Shown: positions 1-14,132, counted from the stretch's first letter. The stretch is 64,000 nucleotides of DNA from Octopus sinensis (GCF_006345805.1 NC_042997.1:137826001-137890000); one strand, 5' to 3'. Translations and numbers: made by a program. Notes: generated by a model from the letters alone, not told the origin.

Positions 1-212
1 CGGTGGTGGTGGACGAACAGACACAAAGACACACACACACACACACACACACAAACAGGCTTCTTTCAGTTTCCGTCTGCCAAAACCTCTCAAAAGGGAT
101 TAGTCAGCCTAAGGCTGTTGTATAAGACACTTTCTCAAGGTGCCATGCAGTGGAACTGGATCTGGAACCATGTGGTTGAGAAGCAAAATTCTTACCATGC
201 ACCGACATCTGT
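1..212 (-). mobile_element. tRNA-headed SINE, family A, with internal (CA)n
   Basis: Shares the motifs ggcttctttcagtttccgtct...aaggtgcca...ggaaccatgtggttg..aagcaa with many other copies in the window. Confidence 0.8.
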
Positions 213-519
213 ACCTAAGTCTTAATATATTTTGCTAAGTGTTTAAACCAATTATCACCCTTAATTAACCTCCTTCTCATTTAATTTTCACTTGAGCTGA
301 ACTTTTTGACAATTATGATGATTCAGTCATATGGAATTCAACAGATGCCATATATTAGCAAGAAAAACCAAGAAATACTGTATGATTTTAAAATGTACAC
401 AGATATTATTTCCGTATAATTTTGTATCTATATCAGAGCCTCTTGATGGCTTCTTGAACTGAAAGAAATAGCAGCTACATCTCCATCATTTTAACACTTT
501 AACATTTTCAGAAAGAAAA

Positions 520-942
520 GAGGATCAGAATTGAAATCAATCAATGGAAATTGCAGATGTGTTACCAGTGCCGGTGGCATGTAAGAGAACCTTCCGTTTC
601 GCGACTGTTGCCAGCGCCGCCCCGACTGGCCTCGTGCCGGTGGCACGTAAAAAGCACTATCCGTTTGTGTCCGTTGCCAGCCTCGCCTGGCCCTCGTGCC
701 GGTGGCACATAAAAAGCACCATCCGTTCGTGGCCGTTTGCCAGCTCTGTCTGGCACCTGTGCGGGTGGCACATAAAAAGCACCCACTACACTCACGGAGT
801 GGTTGGCGTTAGGAAGGGCATCCAGCCGTAGAAACACTGCCAGATTTGACTGGGCCTGATGAAGCCATCTGGCTTCACAGACCCCAGTAGAACCGTCCAA
901 CCCATGCTAGCATGGAAAACGGACGCTAAACGATGATGATGA
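520..942 (+). mobile_element. 5'-truncated RTE-type LINE 3' end with (GAT)n tail
   Basis: Near-identical to 14640-15037, which follows an RTE ORF C-terminus. It has internal gccggtggcacrtaaaaagcac subrepeats and ends in aaacgatgatgatg. Confidence 0.85.
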
Positions 943-1619
943 AAAGACACATTTACCCAGTGTTTTTGTAGATATGCGAAAAACAGGAATACCACAGCTA
1001 GAAAGCCAGTGGATGATTAATAACATAAGAAGAATTACAGAAACAATATGTTGACAGATACTTATATACGGTGATTAACTATTGAAATGAAAGGAAAATA
1101 ACAAAAGGTATTTGAAGTTTAGTACTATTACCAAACAATACTTAGATTAACAAAAGAAGCCATGACTCATGTAGTATTGTAGAGGCTTTATTACATCATT
1201 TATCAATATAGCCTAAATCAATGTAGCTTTTTTGTTATTGAACATAAGCAAAGAAAATATAGATTTCAACTGAATGATAACTTCCAGGACAGGGTTTTTT
1301 CTCTTTGTTTCTTTGCAAACTGAATGAATAAACATATAAAATGAGAATACTGTAAAGTCATTTTGTCAAAATAGGAATGCCACTCAGTCAGAGTTACCTT
1401 GAGATTAAACAACTACTAATTTTTTTAGCAAACCTATAAAATATCTTTGAATTTAAACTAATGTATAAAAATCCTCATAATTTTCTTTTTTTTTTTTTTC
1501 TTCTTCCAAATTAGTCAAAACTGAAGATTGAGAGACATGGGTTCAATTCTAATTCTGCAGCACATATTTCCTTTTTCAATGGTGATGTTAATAAAGTATA
1601 GGAGGTGGACTTTTTACCA

Positions 1620-1763
1620 CACAGCTATGGCTGTATGGTAAGAAGTTTGCTTCCCAGCCACATAGTCCTGGGTTCAGTCCCACTGCATGGCACTTTGGGC
1701 AAGTGGCTTCTACTATAGCCTTGTGAGTGTTTCTGGTAGACACAGAAAACGAAAGAAGCCTAT

Positions 1764-1815
<52 letters not shown>

Positions 1816-2520
1816 CCGGTGGCACGTAAAATACACCAATCTGACCGTACAACAGGCACCCATGCCAACCCCCTTGCTTGCGAAGACATGTTGGGGCAAG
1901 CGAAATCGAAATCGAATTGAACCAGCCAGGATCCCTGGTCTGGTGGTACGTAAAAAGCACCATCCGACTCGTGGCCGATGCCAGCACTGCCTCATCTGGC
2001 TTCCGTGCCGGTGGCACATAAAATACACCAATCCGACCGTGGCCGTTGCCAGCCTCGCCTGGCACCTGTGCAGGTGGCACGTAAAAAGCACCCACTACAC
2101 TCACGGAGTGGTTGGCGTTAGGAAGGGCATCCAGCTGTAGAAACACTGCCAGATAAGACTGGAGCCTGGTGCAGCCTTCTGGCTTCCCAGATCCCCGGTC
2201 GAACCGTCCAACCCATGCTAGCATGGAGAACGGACGTTAAACGATGATGATGATGATATATATATATATATATATATATATAAATGTATGTATATATATC
2301 TGTGAAGTATGTGTCTTTGTGTTTGTGTTTGACCCCCACCACTGACTGACAACCAATGCTGGTGTGTTTACATCCCTGTAACTTAGGTTCGGCAAAAGAG
2401 ACTGATAGAATAAGTCTTAGGCTTAAAAAGAAAGTAAGTACTGGGGTCAATTAGTTTGACTAAAAATTCCTCAAGGCAGTGCTCCAGCATGGCTGCAGTC
2501 TAATGACTGAAACAAGAGAT
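1620..2520 (+). mobile_element. Family A SINE with an RTE-type 3' fragment (about 1812-2255) nested in its (TA)n tract
   Basis: SINE head at 1620-1765, then (TA)n, an RTE tail ending in (GAT)n, (TA)n again, and the SINE 3' half at 2290-2520. Confidence 0.8.
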
Positions 2521-4196
2521 ACAAAATAAATATAGATATTTACACATTTTCATGTATTATTTTATAAATAAATCATCACCTATATGTTCCCACTAGATAG
2601 AAATAGGAAATGGGAGATGCGAGACTGCATGTCAGATCTACATAATCAATATATTGTAATGTATCAGTAGGCTGGATATACTTCCATGTGATAGTTCCCT
2701 CAAGATACCAACCTTATATCTATCCACATTTTCAAGCCTTGTTACTATTGTTTGTGTTTTATATATTTCTGTTGTAATTTATGATTAAACATTTCCAAGA
2801 CAAATTATGTTAGTCTCCAGTTTTTTTTTTTTCTAACAAAGCAAAACCTTATTTAGGACACTGGTTTCTGAGTTTTTAACCAAAAAATATTACTGCCCTG
2901 AAGTCAATATAGAATCTCAAGAACAGTGTTCACAACTCTAAATTGATGCATCTACTTTAATCACCAAATTATAAAAATAGAGTTCCATTAGTTTTAACTT
3001 GTATTCCAACTGTTCAGTTAACAGATGGCTATTTCACTCAGTTAACTTACAAGTGGCTGAGTATTCCACAGACATGTATACTTTTAATGTAATTCTCGGG
3101 GAGGGTCAGCATGGCACAGTGTATGGCAAGGCTTAACTCATTGAATTCAAGCTACAGTCCATCTGACAAGCTCCAAACAATTTCCATCAACCTTACTTCA
3201 CTCACAAGGTTTGAATCAATCCGAGGCTATAATAAAAGATGCCTGCTCAAGATGCCACATAGTGAAATTGAACCTGGAACCTAGTGACTGCAAAGCAAAT
3301 TTCTTAATCTTTCAGCTGTGCCACAAAATATTACACTGCATCTAAAAATTGTATATAATCATAAACAATTTTGGGCTTTTAGTTTCCAAATACTTTGAAC
3401 TTCCCAAGCCAACGAGGGTATCTCTGTGGTTGTTCCACCAGCTAAAAATAGCAACTAAATGTCCCTCAAATTACACCATACTGTCACATTAGATAGTGTT
3501 GTCCTACACATCCCTAAAATGACAAGCTGGAATACCTTTGATCATAGGTCTGCTCAAATAGAGTTGACCTGGGATTAAATAATGACAACTTTGCACAGTT
3601 AACCCATCCCATACTTCTTTCTACATTTATTCTACTTATGTTGAGTAAACAGCAGCTATATTAAACTTATTCAACTCTTCCCTCCAATTCAGAAAGATCC
3701 TTGAAAATTATTAATTTTCAATTTCTTTTTTCCTTTGTCCTCATAGTTTTAAAAACATTTTTCTCAGGCGGATGTCAGACAGATTTGCAACACAGTAACT
3801 CTTCATTAATACATCTATCTTGCATCATTTAATTTTCAGATGTAAGCCATTTCCACCACACCTTAGATCTGATCTAAATATTTGCTTCAATTCACCATAG
3901 AGTTAAATCCTATCTTTCCCTATTCACCATAAACTTTTTATCTTTACACAACTTCCAAGAGCTCTTTTATCATCTCATAGCAGAACATCAGTAAAATATT
4001 TTTCATCCTAAATTTCCATTTTATACATTCCTTGTTCAGATGAACCAACATTTTCTTAATGTTTATCAGTTCTTCATGGTGATGCTCCCTAACGTTTTTT
4101 TTTTTGTTTCTTTTTTTTGCAACCATGGACTGGTTTCATGCAAGACAATTTTTCCATGGCTCACACACATAGAACAAAACAATAATGCACATAATA

Positions 4197-4408
4197 TATG
4201 AAGGGGTTTCTGGCTTTAAGGGTATCATGAAAGGCCTGGTTGAAGGCCCAACCTTCCAAGTTCTTTTGCAGGGCTTAGAAAAACTGAAGGACCACTGCAA
4301 TAAGTGTGTGAATCAGAGAGGGGAATGTGTTGTATAAAATCATAATTAACTGATCCTTCTCTATTTTCTTTTACCCAAAGTTAGGAACTTATCAGCATCT
4401 CCTTGTAT
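4197..4408 (+). mobile_element. Mariner-derived short non-autonomous element
   Basis: Encodes a remnant LEKLKDHCNKCVNQRGECV, like the mariner transposase C-terminus, with degenerate TA-bounded inverted ends. Confidence 0.6.
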
Positions 4409-4414
4409 AATTTG

Positions 4415-4600
4415 CCCTGGGCAAAATGCTTGGCAGTATCTTGTCTGTCTTAACGTTAAAGTTCAAATTCTGCCAAGGTTGACTGCCTTTCATCCTTTTG
4501 AGGTTGATAAAATAAGTGCCGGTTGTACACTGGGGTTGACCTAATTGACCTCACCTATCACCCCCAAACTGCTGGCCTTATACCAAAATTTGAAACCAAT
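4415..4600 (+). mobile_element. SINE family B (gcctttcatcctttyggggtcgataaaataagtacc core)
   Basis: Related copies at about 18220-18360, 24940-25110, 42480-42665, 50545-50735, 56585-56800 and 56890-57085. Confidence 0.7.
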
Positions 4601-5469
4601 ATATAATCTAATTATTATATAATATAAATATATTACATATATAATACATATATAATACAAAAACATCCTGCAGACTGTGATAGTTAATAAGATAGAAATA
4701 AAATTAAAAAATTTTTTCTTTTTGTGCAAACCAGTACCAAATGATCCAGGGCTTAGTACTTGGTCTGTGGCAAGATGGTTGGGGACTCCTGCTTATTATT
4801 CTTCAACACAAATGTTTACATAATGCAATTTATACCGATTTACTGGATTTATTATTATTTTTTTTGTTTTTTGTTCTTGTGTTTTTGTTTTGTTGGCATT
4901 TGCATTTCATATGACCTGGAAATTTGCAAGGCTATTTATAAGCCTGCAAGGAGTGGCGTTAACATACCGCAAACTTCCTTGAATGAACAAAAGATAAAGA
5001 AAAAGGACAGGCTGCTTTCCTTCCTGAACGAGTTATTTTGTTATATATTGTAACCATTTAAAAGTTTAATTCCCTTTATTTCATACTTAAAGTTCCTATT
5101 TTCAAAATTATTTTAAAATATTTCAATCAGCATGGTTATATGCTTAAGAAGTTTATTTTGCAAACATATGACTTCAGGTTCAGTCTCACTGCCCAGTACC
5201 TTGAACCAAACAATACCTTGTGAGTGAATTTGGAAGAAAGGAACCGTGCAGAAGCCTATCACATTTGTCTGTGTGTGTGATGCAAAAAAAACAGTGTTGT
5301 TTGTTTTCATCCCCATAACTTAGCAGTTCAACAAAAATGGACAGATAGAATGTACGAGAGTCTGATCTGATCTTCAAGGAAATGCTCAAAGCCCCCAGTC
5401 CAATGTCAAGAGAATAAAGGAATAATTAAGACCTACTGTATACCTATAAAAACTGCCATTCCATTGCTT

Positions 5470-5772
5470 ATGGCGATGAGGGTTCCAGTTGATCCAATCA
5501 ATGGAACAGATTGCTTGTGAGATTAACATGCAAGTGGCAGAGCACTCCACAGACACACGTACCCTTTCACATACTTCTCAGGGAGATTCAGCACGACAGA
5601 GTATGACAAGGTTGGCCCCTTGGAATACAGGTACTACTCATTTTTGCCAGCTGAGTGGACTGGAATACTGTGAAATAAAATGTCTTGCTCAAGGACACAA
5701 CACACCGCCAGGAATTGAACTCGTGACCCTATGATCGCAAGCCAAATACCCTAACCACTAAACTACGCACCT
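5470..5772 (-). mobile_element. tRNA-headed SINE family C
   Basis: The minus strand has tagtggttagggt (A box), gagttcaattcc (B box) and tgtgtccttgagcaagaca. Related copies at about 23370-23650, 48900-49050 and 54110-54400. Confidence 0.75.
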
Positions 5773-6039
5773 TGACTTATAGAATAATTCCATTAAATAC
5801 ATTTATTTTCTGTTTGTTTCATTGCTTTGAACAACAGATTTAACAAATTCTGTCTGGAACACTAGACTCAATATTTTAAATATCTTTATTGACTTCACTG
5901 TAAGACAAAGTAGTCTCTAGCAGAACTTGTTCTTAGAGACTCTGGACAAGATGCTTTAATATATCAAATCCAATTTTTTGTCTCATCTTCACCCTAATCA
6001 AGTCCTCTGTCCTACTACTGCTTAAATATGAGGAGTACA

Positions 6040-6416
6040 GTTCTTTTACTTATTTCACTCATTGGACTGTGGCCATGCTGGGGCATTGCTTTGAAGTGCT
6101 TAGTCAAACAAATCAAGCCTAATACTTATTTTCTATTTTTAAGCCGAGTACTTATTTCATTGGTCCCTTTTGCCAAACTGCTAAATTAACAGGGATATAA
6201 ACAAACCATCACTAGTTGTCACGTGGTTGTGGGGGAACAAACACAACACAAAGACACACACACATATGTGTATCTCTGACAGACTTCATTTCAGTCTACC
6301 AGATCTACTCCAGGTCAGCTTGGAGCTATAGAAGACTTATCCAACGTGCTGTACAGTTTGACTGAACTTAAGATCACACGGTTGGGAAGCAAGCTCCTTA
6401 ACCATATAGCCATGCC
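6040..6416 (-). mobile_element. Family A SINE, near full length, diverged
   Basis: Same head, (CA)n and tail motifs as 29263-29635 and 45215-45645. Confidence 0.75.
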
Positions 6417-7303
6417 AGCACATGTGGAAACAGTCAGCACAATTTCCATTCTTGATACTGTACACAAATTTAATAAGCATATGTAACACTATTCTTAGCC
6501 ACCTACAAGCATGTAAACACAGTGCAACAATACTGCCTTAAAATGCCTGTCTTCCACTCTTAGTAATATAGATATTTCTACATCAGGTTAAAATATTTTG
6601 TATGTTGACAAACATGTATTGGTAGCGGCTGTGACAAGAGCTTTTGATCTCATAAGAAATAAACAGCTAGCAACCTTCGCATAAGAATGCACTTTGAGTT
6701 ATTAACTCAGCTGAAAAAGGAAATATGAATCAATGTATAGAACTAATAGATTAGTTTTTAGTGTTTGACAAGTTACTCCTGTATTGTTTGTATGCTTGGG
6801 TAGACCCAACTGAAATTACTGTACAATGACTATTGTATTTCAGAAAGCACTCACAAGTAGGACAAACACCATCATCATTTTAACATCCACTTTTCTATAC
6901 TTGCATGGGTCAGGTGAAATTTGTTGAGACAGATTTTTTTATGGAAGGATGCCTTTCCTGTTAACAACCATCACCTGTTTCCAAGTAAAGTAATATTTTC
7001 CCATGGCAGGACAAATTTTCACAGAAGATTGTGAATGAAGGATGTTGTGTGCATGATGGTGACACTTATTTACAACTATTGCATGATGCCAAGACAAGGA
7101 GATATACACACATGCACAACCACACACACACAGGTTTCTTTCAGTTTCTGTTAACCAAAATCCTTTCACAAGGTTTTGATCAGCATGGGGCTATAGTAAA
7201 AGACTTGCCCAAAGTACCACACAGTGGGACTGAATTTGAAATCACATGGTTGTAAAGCAAACTTCTTAACTACACAACCATACCTGCACCATAAAAATTG
7301 ATG

Positions 7304-7369
7304 TTCCCATGCCAGGAATCAAACCTGGACCACCAGGGAGAAAGACTGGAATCCTCACTACTTGACTAT
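7304..7369 (-). pseudogene. Degenerate tRNA-Glu(TTC)-like pseudogene
   Basis: The minus strand atagtcaagtagtgaggattccagtctttctccctggtggtccaggtttgattcctggcatgggaa aligns by eye to metazoan tRNA-Glu. The 5' acceptor strand is lost, CpGs have decayed, and a T5 run lies just downstream. Confidence 0.65.
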
Positions 7370-10300
7370 GAATTTAACATAGCAATACCAGTCCAGGCAA
7401 CTGTCTAAAAAGATGCTAGATTAGATTGTATAAGAAAATGTGGATAATAAACCACTACATAAAATTAGCTTTTGTTTGATTAAAATAACCTGTCTTTTCT
7501 CAAATTCTGTTGTTTAGGTTTTTTGCAAAAGTGGGTGGCACGCATTTGTAAAATGCCATTCAGTGAAAAGGGGAACTGAGCTACAAAAGGTTGAGAAAGA
7601 ACTATGGCTCTAAAGTATAAGAAATGATAGTCAATAGAATATAATAATTAACTCCTGAAATTCTGATAAAGCAATTTCACCTATTGTTTGTTACTGGTTA
7701 TTTTATTGGTCCACCTAAGATTTGAAACTAAAAAGATAAAAGAACAAAATGAAATACTGTGACACATTCAATTTGGCTTTCTATTGCCTCTATGTCTCCA
7801 CAATCTGAAGTAATCACGAACTAAACTAAATACTATCCTTAGAAGAAACTACTGTAGAATGTTTTTGTAAAAAGAAATAACTTGATATTATTATTAAATT
7901 CCAGAACACACTATAATTATGAAGGACTAATATTCGTTATAAAGCAAAGCTAAGTGCAACATTCATATCACCAAAGGAATCTAATTCAACGTCCAGTGTT
8001 TGCTTTTCATCAGCAACTAAATACAACACTCCATTCAATCAACATTTCAAATATACATACAACCTGTACTGTGACGATAGCTTTAAATGTCATAACCAAT
8101 AACATTTTTATATCTCATTAGGAAGCACTTTTGTTTTGTTTAACATAATCATCATCATCACTTAAAGGGGAAAGGGTAGTGCTCATAGTGCTCTTTTCAG
8201 GGCTTCTGCCACGGGTGGGAGAAAGTTATCCCCAGATTGGAAACCTGGTATGAATATTTGCAAGAGCCTACCATCAGAAATACAGCATTACGTCTAGTTT
8301 ACATTTCAAATATACATACTATCATCTGTTTAATTACATAATGAGCTCTGAGAAGGAAAAACAAATTGTTGTAACTGTAGTCTGTGACTCAGTACAACAG
8401 AATGACATTTTTCAGCCTAATGAAACCAAAAGCCTATAAAACAAAAATAGATAAATTAAAAAACAAAATAAAATTATTAAAAGTGAACTATATGAGATTA
8501 GAGTTGAGAGCGCATTGCTCTCCATGCGAAGTTACTAGAGTAGACTACATTACAAACAATAGAGTAGATCTAGAAAACAAGAGAGAATTGTCATACCCAG
8601 AATTCACATAAAGACAAAGCCAAATATACTGGTATCAGTGAATCTAATTTCATTGTGCAAAACAAAATCTGTATTATTTGTAAAATATTATTTAATTAAA
8701 ACAAAAAAAATTAGTACTATAAGTGTCAAGCAGCTGTGTAAAATTATCAACACAAGTTTAGAGCATGACAGCAAAACATGTATCAGCAGTGAGTGAGAGA
8801 CAGTGATGGATTTAGAAATAACATATTATTACAAGAAAATTAATGGAGAATAAACAGATCAAGAAATGACAAAAAGGGTGGGGTGTCTATGAATGCTGAC
8901 TTGAAACTCAAATTCCTCCACTTCATTTCCTATTCATGATATGCATATAAAAAATTTATATATTTAAAGTATTCATTGACTGTGACTTACAGTATTTGCC
9001 TTCAAACTGAAATAGTTCTTGCTACTCACAGAACTCTACAGGCCTGTGGTAACAGAAGTTTTACAGACATTGATCTCTCAATGACACAAATTTGTAGGTG
9101 AAGTATATATAGTTTATAGATGAGAGATATTCTTTGTAGTACTCGAGATATTTAGACTTGAGCAGATAGAAGAGTAAATCTAAGGACAAGCAAGATAGGC
9201 AAGTTGACAAAAAATGTGTGTATGTTTACAAATGAAAAGGTCTGAATTACACAGAATAGAAATATCAGGAATTAAAGGGGTTGAATGAGAGTTTTACAAG
9301 TCCAGCAGCTGTTTCTGGGGGCTTGGTGGTCCAAAATAATGATTGTAAATTGATTCCATCATCGGATAATACCAGCCTCCATCTTCAGGGAAGAATCTTA
9401 CATTTGAGGTGTTGACAGAAAGGAAATTAAAGATGGAATGATTTTGTGGAGAACTAAATGTATTTGAAGGTATTTAGATAGAGAATAGTGCGAGGAGAAA
9501 ATAAATTTCAGGGTTAGGAGTTACTAAATTGGACCTTTTTATATGGAAACATATGTACATTTTTTGTATTAAATGTACTTTTAGCACAGGAAATGCAGAA
9601 GAATATAACTAAATAATGAAAGGCATAATACTAATTCTGGCACACCTCTATCTCTTTTTTATCATTCTATAGCTGTGAAATATTGACATCATAAGCCAAA
9701 CAATGAGTAAGAAAAAGAAGAAATAAAAAATTAACTGCAGTCTAATATTAACAGCAACACTTCAAACTCAAAGACAATGAAAATAAGATTCTCAGTAAAA
9801 AGAAATAAGAGCTACTTTCAGAGTGAAACAAAGCAGGATATATTTAGTGACAACAGAAATAATTATGAAGGGATATGTCAAGTGTCGTTGAGGAAATGTG
9901 GACAATAGAACAATTGTATGATTCTAAATAATCATCCTCAAATCTGAATACTACTGAAAAAATGTTTTAATTGATAATCAAATAAGGATATATGGAAAGG
10001 AATCAGTAATTAGATACTATAAGAGATATTAAATTTATTGACTTAGAGAGATATAATTTCTGTACAATGTAAGATTTTTCAGATTGAGTAATTTTACTAC
10101 AATTCATACAAAAGAGGTTGTTTTGTTCATGACAAATCATATAGTCCACCCTCTCCAACACTACCTCAATCCATCTTTTGGCAGAGGTAGTTGTGCCTCT
10201 GGCGAGACTAGAGAGGATCTGCTTTTCCTTTGTTGATTCCAGTTATTTGCTTCTTTCCCATACAACTGGGGGTGTAGAAACATTTCTTTCACAACCCAGG

Positions 10301-10529
10301 ACTGAGAGGGAGGTGACTTAGCCAAAATAGTTCTTTCTTCCTGTAGTGATCTTTATTCCTGCTACAGGCAGGTCAACACTTTCGACTTGACACCAAGGGA
10401 GAGTTAGCTATCCAAAGGCTCATAGCAACAGATGTTGAAAATAGATATGCAGTTAAAGTTGATTTGAAGCACCAAGAGGAACATCTATATACATGTATAT
10501 GTATATATATATATATATATACACATGTG

Positions 10530-10561
<32 letters not shown>

Positions 10562-10609
10562 ATATATATATACATACATATATGTATATATACATACATA
10601 TATGTATAT

Positions 10610-12095
10610 ACATTTACAAATTAAGAAATGGTGTTAAACGCAGATGTTATTAAAATCTTTATACTTCCGACATGTTTCGAAGAAAACATTGGTATTATTC
10701 CTGAGGGAATAAAATAATGTAAAACAATATAGTCATCTTGTCAGGGAAGGAACGCTGGCAAGTTATTTTTTAAAAAAAACTGTTAACAGATTTAATGTCA
10801 AAGGCAATTTAGGAAAAGAGGAGGAGAAAGAAAGAAATTAACAGAAAATTACAAGTGGAGAAATATAATGTGATTGATGAGTGGAAATAAAGCTTAAAGG
10901 CATGTAAATAGATACATGTAGTGGAAACAGAATGTAAGAAGTCAAAAGTCAAATTTTATAGATTGGTAGAAACTACTTATAGGCACTAAAGGTATGTATT
11001 TACCAATGTTTGTAATGATAAACACATTCTTTAAACGTGTTTACAAGAGAATTCTCTAAGAACAGAATGAGATACTGTTCTTCGGTACAGAGTGGACAAA
11101 GGGATTTACCTTTATCATATGGAAAGGATCTAGATAGAATATTCCATTCCAAACCAAATTAACTTACTAAGCTCAGTATTGTTGCATTTATTGATATGTC
11201 TAAAGGTAGAGTAATGGTTAGGTATTCTTTTGGACAACAGAGATGAAGAACTACCTATGTAAAAAAAAAGACATCAGAACCAGAAATAATTTTACCTTGA
11301 TGAATAGGGTTTCTAGTCTTAGAATTACTGCTAAGGAAATGAATGCGATTGGAATTTATATCAACAATACTAATACTGAATGGTTAGTGTTAATATCAAT
11401 GTTATTATTTTCATTAAGTGGATTTGTATTTAACAACTGATTATTATGCAAAGAGATGATTTGTGAAAGGTCTTTGGTGTTTGAAAACCCTATTCTAATT
11501 TGATATGAATTGATAATGGAATGGGATCTTGAATTTTTGGGGAAATTCTTATTTATAACTTCACAAAACTGGTAAGGGAGGTTACAGTTGATCTGCTTAC
11601 CATATGGAATTATCAACCAAACAGTTTTACTAGGATATACCTTGTTATTAGGGTACTTTCATAACACAAAAAGGGTCTTAAAGAACAGTTATCTCACTTA
11701 TGCTGCAAAACTACATTTTTTGATTTAGAGTTGTTATTTGAACAAACATTTATATTGTTATTACCATTATAATGTGTTTTCATGATCTGATTAATAGAGG
11801 TAGAATTAATATCAATAGGGTTAATATAGGTAATTTTTTTCTTTATAGCCTGCTTTAAGTAAGGTAGAATTATAAAATTCGGCTTTATCGTTGAAGATAT
11901 CAACATTGGCAGATAATCTAGAAAGTGTAAGTGAAATATTTCTAACTAAATTCCTTGTAATAGCCTTTGAATGATTACTGAAAGAGCTAATATATTTTGA
12001 ATTAGTTGAGGGTTTGTGGTAAGGGAAGTATGAATCATTATATAAGTTAAGGGTAATATCCTAAAGTTGACTTTAGTTATATCATTGTCGAAAAC
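10610..12095 (-). mobile_element. Penelope-like element remnant (RT C-terminus, linker, GIY-YIG endonuclease, 3' hammerhead)
   Basis: Minus-strand peptides include KVNFxDITLNL..YFPYHKP..ISSFSNH, IIPYGKQINCNL..INKNFPKN..IRIGFSNTKDLSQII and FFYIGSSS..KRIPNHYSTF..LCPLCTEE. It has stops and frameshifts and is flanked by (TA)n tracts. Confidence 0.85.
10664..10749 (-). ncRNA. Minimal type I hammerhead ribozyme of the Penelope-like element (core mutated)
   Basis: cttcc-CTGACAA-[long stem II capped by the ttattcc/ggaataa hairpin]-C-GAAA-CATG-TC-ggaag. Stem I is cttcc/ggaag and stem III is the palindrome ACATGT. Confidence 0.7.
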
Positions 12096-12139
12096 AATAT
12101 ATATATATAATGTATATATACATATGTGTATATATATGT

Positions 12140-12598
12140 ACTACGCACCACCTGCCCCAAAACAGAGATACACAGATGTAGTGCATACTTCAAACCAGTC
12201 CTATCAACATGTTATTGAAAGGGCAGCTGCTGAACAAGAATCGTTTTTGTGCATGGCACAAAAATTGTACAGCAGCTGACCTGGCTACACCAATCACACA
12301 GATGGGACTATCTCCAATACACAAGACCACCACAGCAAATAGACCCAAGGTGAGCACCACTGGCAACAACACAGACATCACATTGGTGCTCTTACTGAAC
12401 ATCAGAGGACTGTTAACACTTAGTAACAGGACAAAAATTCCTTTCCTGAGAGACCTTGTTGCATGCAATCAAGCCTTATGCAAAGCACTCATGGAAATAC
12501 ACCTGAAACCAGATATAGCAAATGCAGAAATACACATACCACAGTATGTTGTATTACGGAATGACAAAAAAGAAAGGAGTCATGCTGAAGTTGCTATG
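12140..12598 (+). mobile_element. LINE fragment, N-terminus of an APE endonuclease
   Basis: ORF 12209 contains LLLNIRGL...ALMEIHL...EIHIPQYVVLRNDKKERSHAEVA, the APE motifs N-x-RG, E and RxDR..GGV. Confidence 0.75.
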
Positions 12599-13785
12599 AT
12601 GGTAGCTAAGTTACTAGTCAGGCTGTGGCCTACTCTAATTTTATTCCTAAATATTACTGCATATTTATTATTTACGTTTTAAGTGTTTATCTACTATTTT
12701 CATTAACAAGCAAATTATGTTGGATTTTAGGTGCTTGGTGAAAGGGATTACAAGCCAGATCTTATCACTATTACATGTATTGTTAGTATTGTTATATCTG
12801 GTATAGAAACTACCCTCATTGTTTGTAAGACATGTGAAATTATAGTTATGACTATCGATTTTATTCCTATAGTTGGGTTTATCTTTCCTATCGGCCCTGT
12901 TCGTGTTATTAGGGTTATTTCTGTGTGGTTTATGTGGACTCAATGACCTGGTGTTATGGTTTTTATCAGAGTTTATCTTTATTCTTTGGGGCTCTTTATA
13001 TTTATTCTTATCAATGTGTAAGTTTGTATTATTCTTATTATAGCTATTATTATTTTTCAACTTATTTTTAAAATCCGTATTATTAGTATTGTTAATGTTG
13101 TTAATTTTATTGATTATCACATTATTAGTATACATGTTGTCGTTGTTTGTAATATTATTGGTGAATTGTGTATGGGATTTAACATTGTTTCTGTTGCTAT
13201 TATTTTTATTGAGCTTATCTATGCTGTTCTTGTTATTGGTGTAGTTTGTAGTGATGTTTGGTGTGTGGTTAGTGTTAATGGTATTATCGTGTGGATTTCT
13301 GTTATTTAGGTTACTTGAATAGTGATTGGGGTCTAGGTATTTAACTTTTTGTTTAAATCCTGCTTTATCTAGTGCGATTTTATAGATATCCTTATGCTTA
13401 TTTAAAATATGTTGGTTGGAAGAGAGGTGTGATATTCTATTGCTAATGCTATGTACTAAACCTCTCTTAATAAAGTTTGGATGGTTACTGAATGCGTTTA
13501 TGTATTCGAGGTTATTGTTGAGTTTTATATAGGGTTTGTGGAGTCCTGTGGCTAAGTTGCAGTTTGTGTCTAAGTAGTTAATGGAGTTGTGTTTCTTTTC
13601 AATAGAAATAGATAGTCCAAATCTTTTAAAGAATTTGTGTAGTTTTTTTATTGATAAGCTCTAGTTTCCTATTTGAGGGTTTATTTATTATAAAAAGTGC
13701 TGTATAATCCACCCTTGAGTTCTGGAAATTCATCCTATATGCATGATAGCAAATAATGCCTACCAGGTTATTTACTTTTCTCTCT
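12598..13785 (-). mobile_element. Second Penelope-like remnant (RT thumb region plus Asn-rich linker)
   Basis: Minus-strand FKRFGLSISIEK..SINYLDT..LATGLHKPYIK..YINAFSNHP..ISNRISHLSSN..ALDKAGF, followed by KIWLVIPFTKHLKSN..KIVDKHL. Confidence 0.8.
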
Positions 13786-14022
13786 AGGTACTTACACTCT
13801 GTCGAGTATGCACACTGACATTACACATCTATCAGAGCATATTGGCTTCCTTCCTTGTGAGCTTACACATGTCCTCAGCAATCACGGCCCTTGCTTCACT
13901 GCCATGTAGCATGGCTGTTTGCACACATGCATCATACAGTCTACCTTTTACTCTGAGCGAGAGGCCCTTTGTCTCCAGCAGAGGTAAGAGGTCTCTTAAC
14001 TTTGCCCAGGCTATTCTTATTC
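13785..14022 (-). mobile_element. RTE LINE ORF fragment
   Basis: [41 protein letters not shown] is the typical RTE post-RT region. Confidence 0.85.
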
Positions 14023-14036
14023 TATGTATGTATATA

Positions 14037-14082
<46 letters not shown>

Positions 14083-14090
14083 CAATATAT

Positions 14091-14132
<42 letters not shown>

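Noticed and set aside
544-995. Recurrent ORFs such as MEIADVLPVPVAC.. and ..FLQLDALPNANHS..
   Set aside because: These are open frames in the non-coding RTE 3' UTR and recur only because the repeat recurs.
7304-7369. Functional tRNA-Glu gene
   Set aside because: The acceptor stem 5' strand is missing and the T-loop and anticodon arm are mutated; kept as a pseudogene.
12668-13135. Asn-rich host protein ORF
   Set aside because: It lies between Penelope RT and linker motifs and is part of the element.
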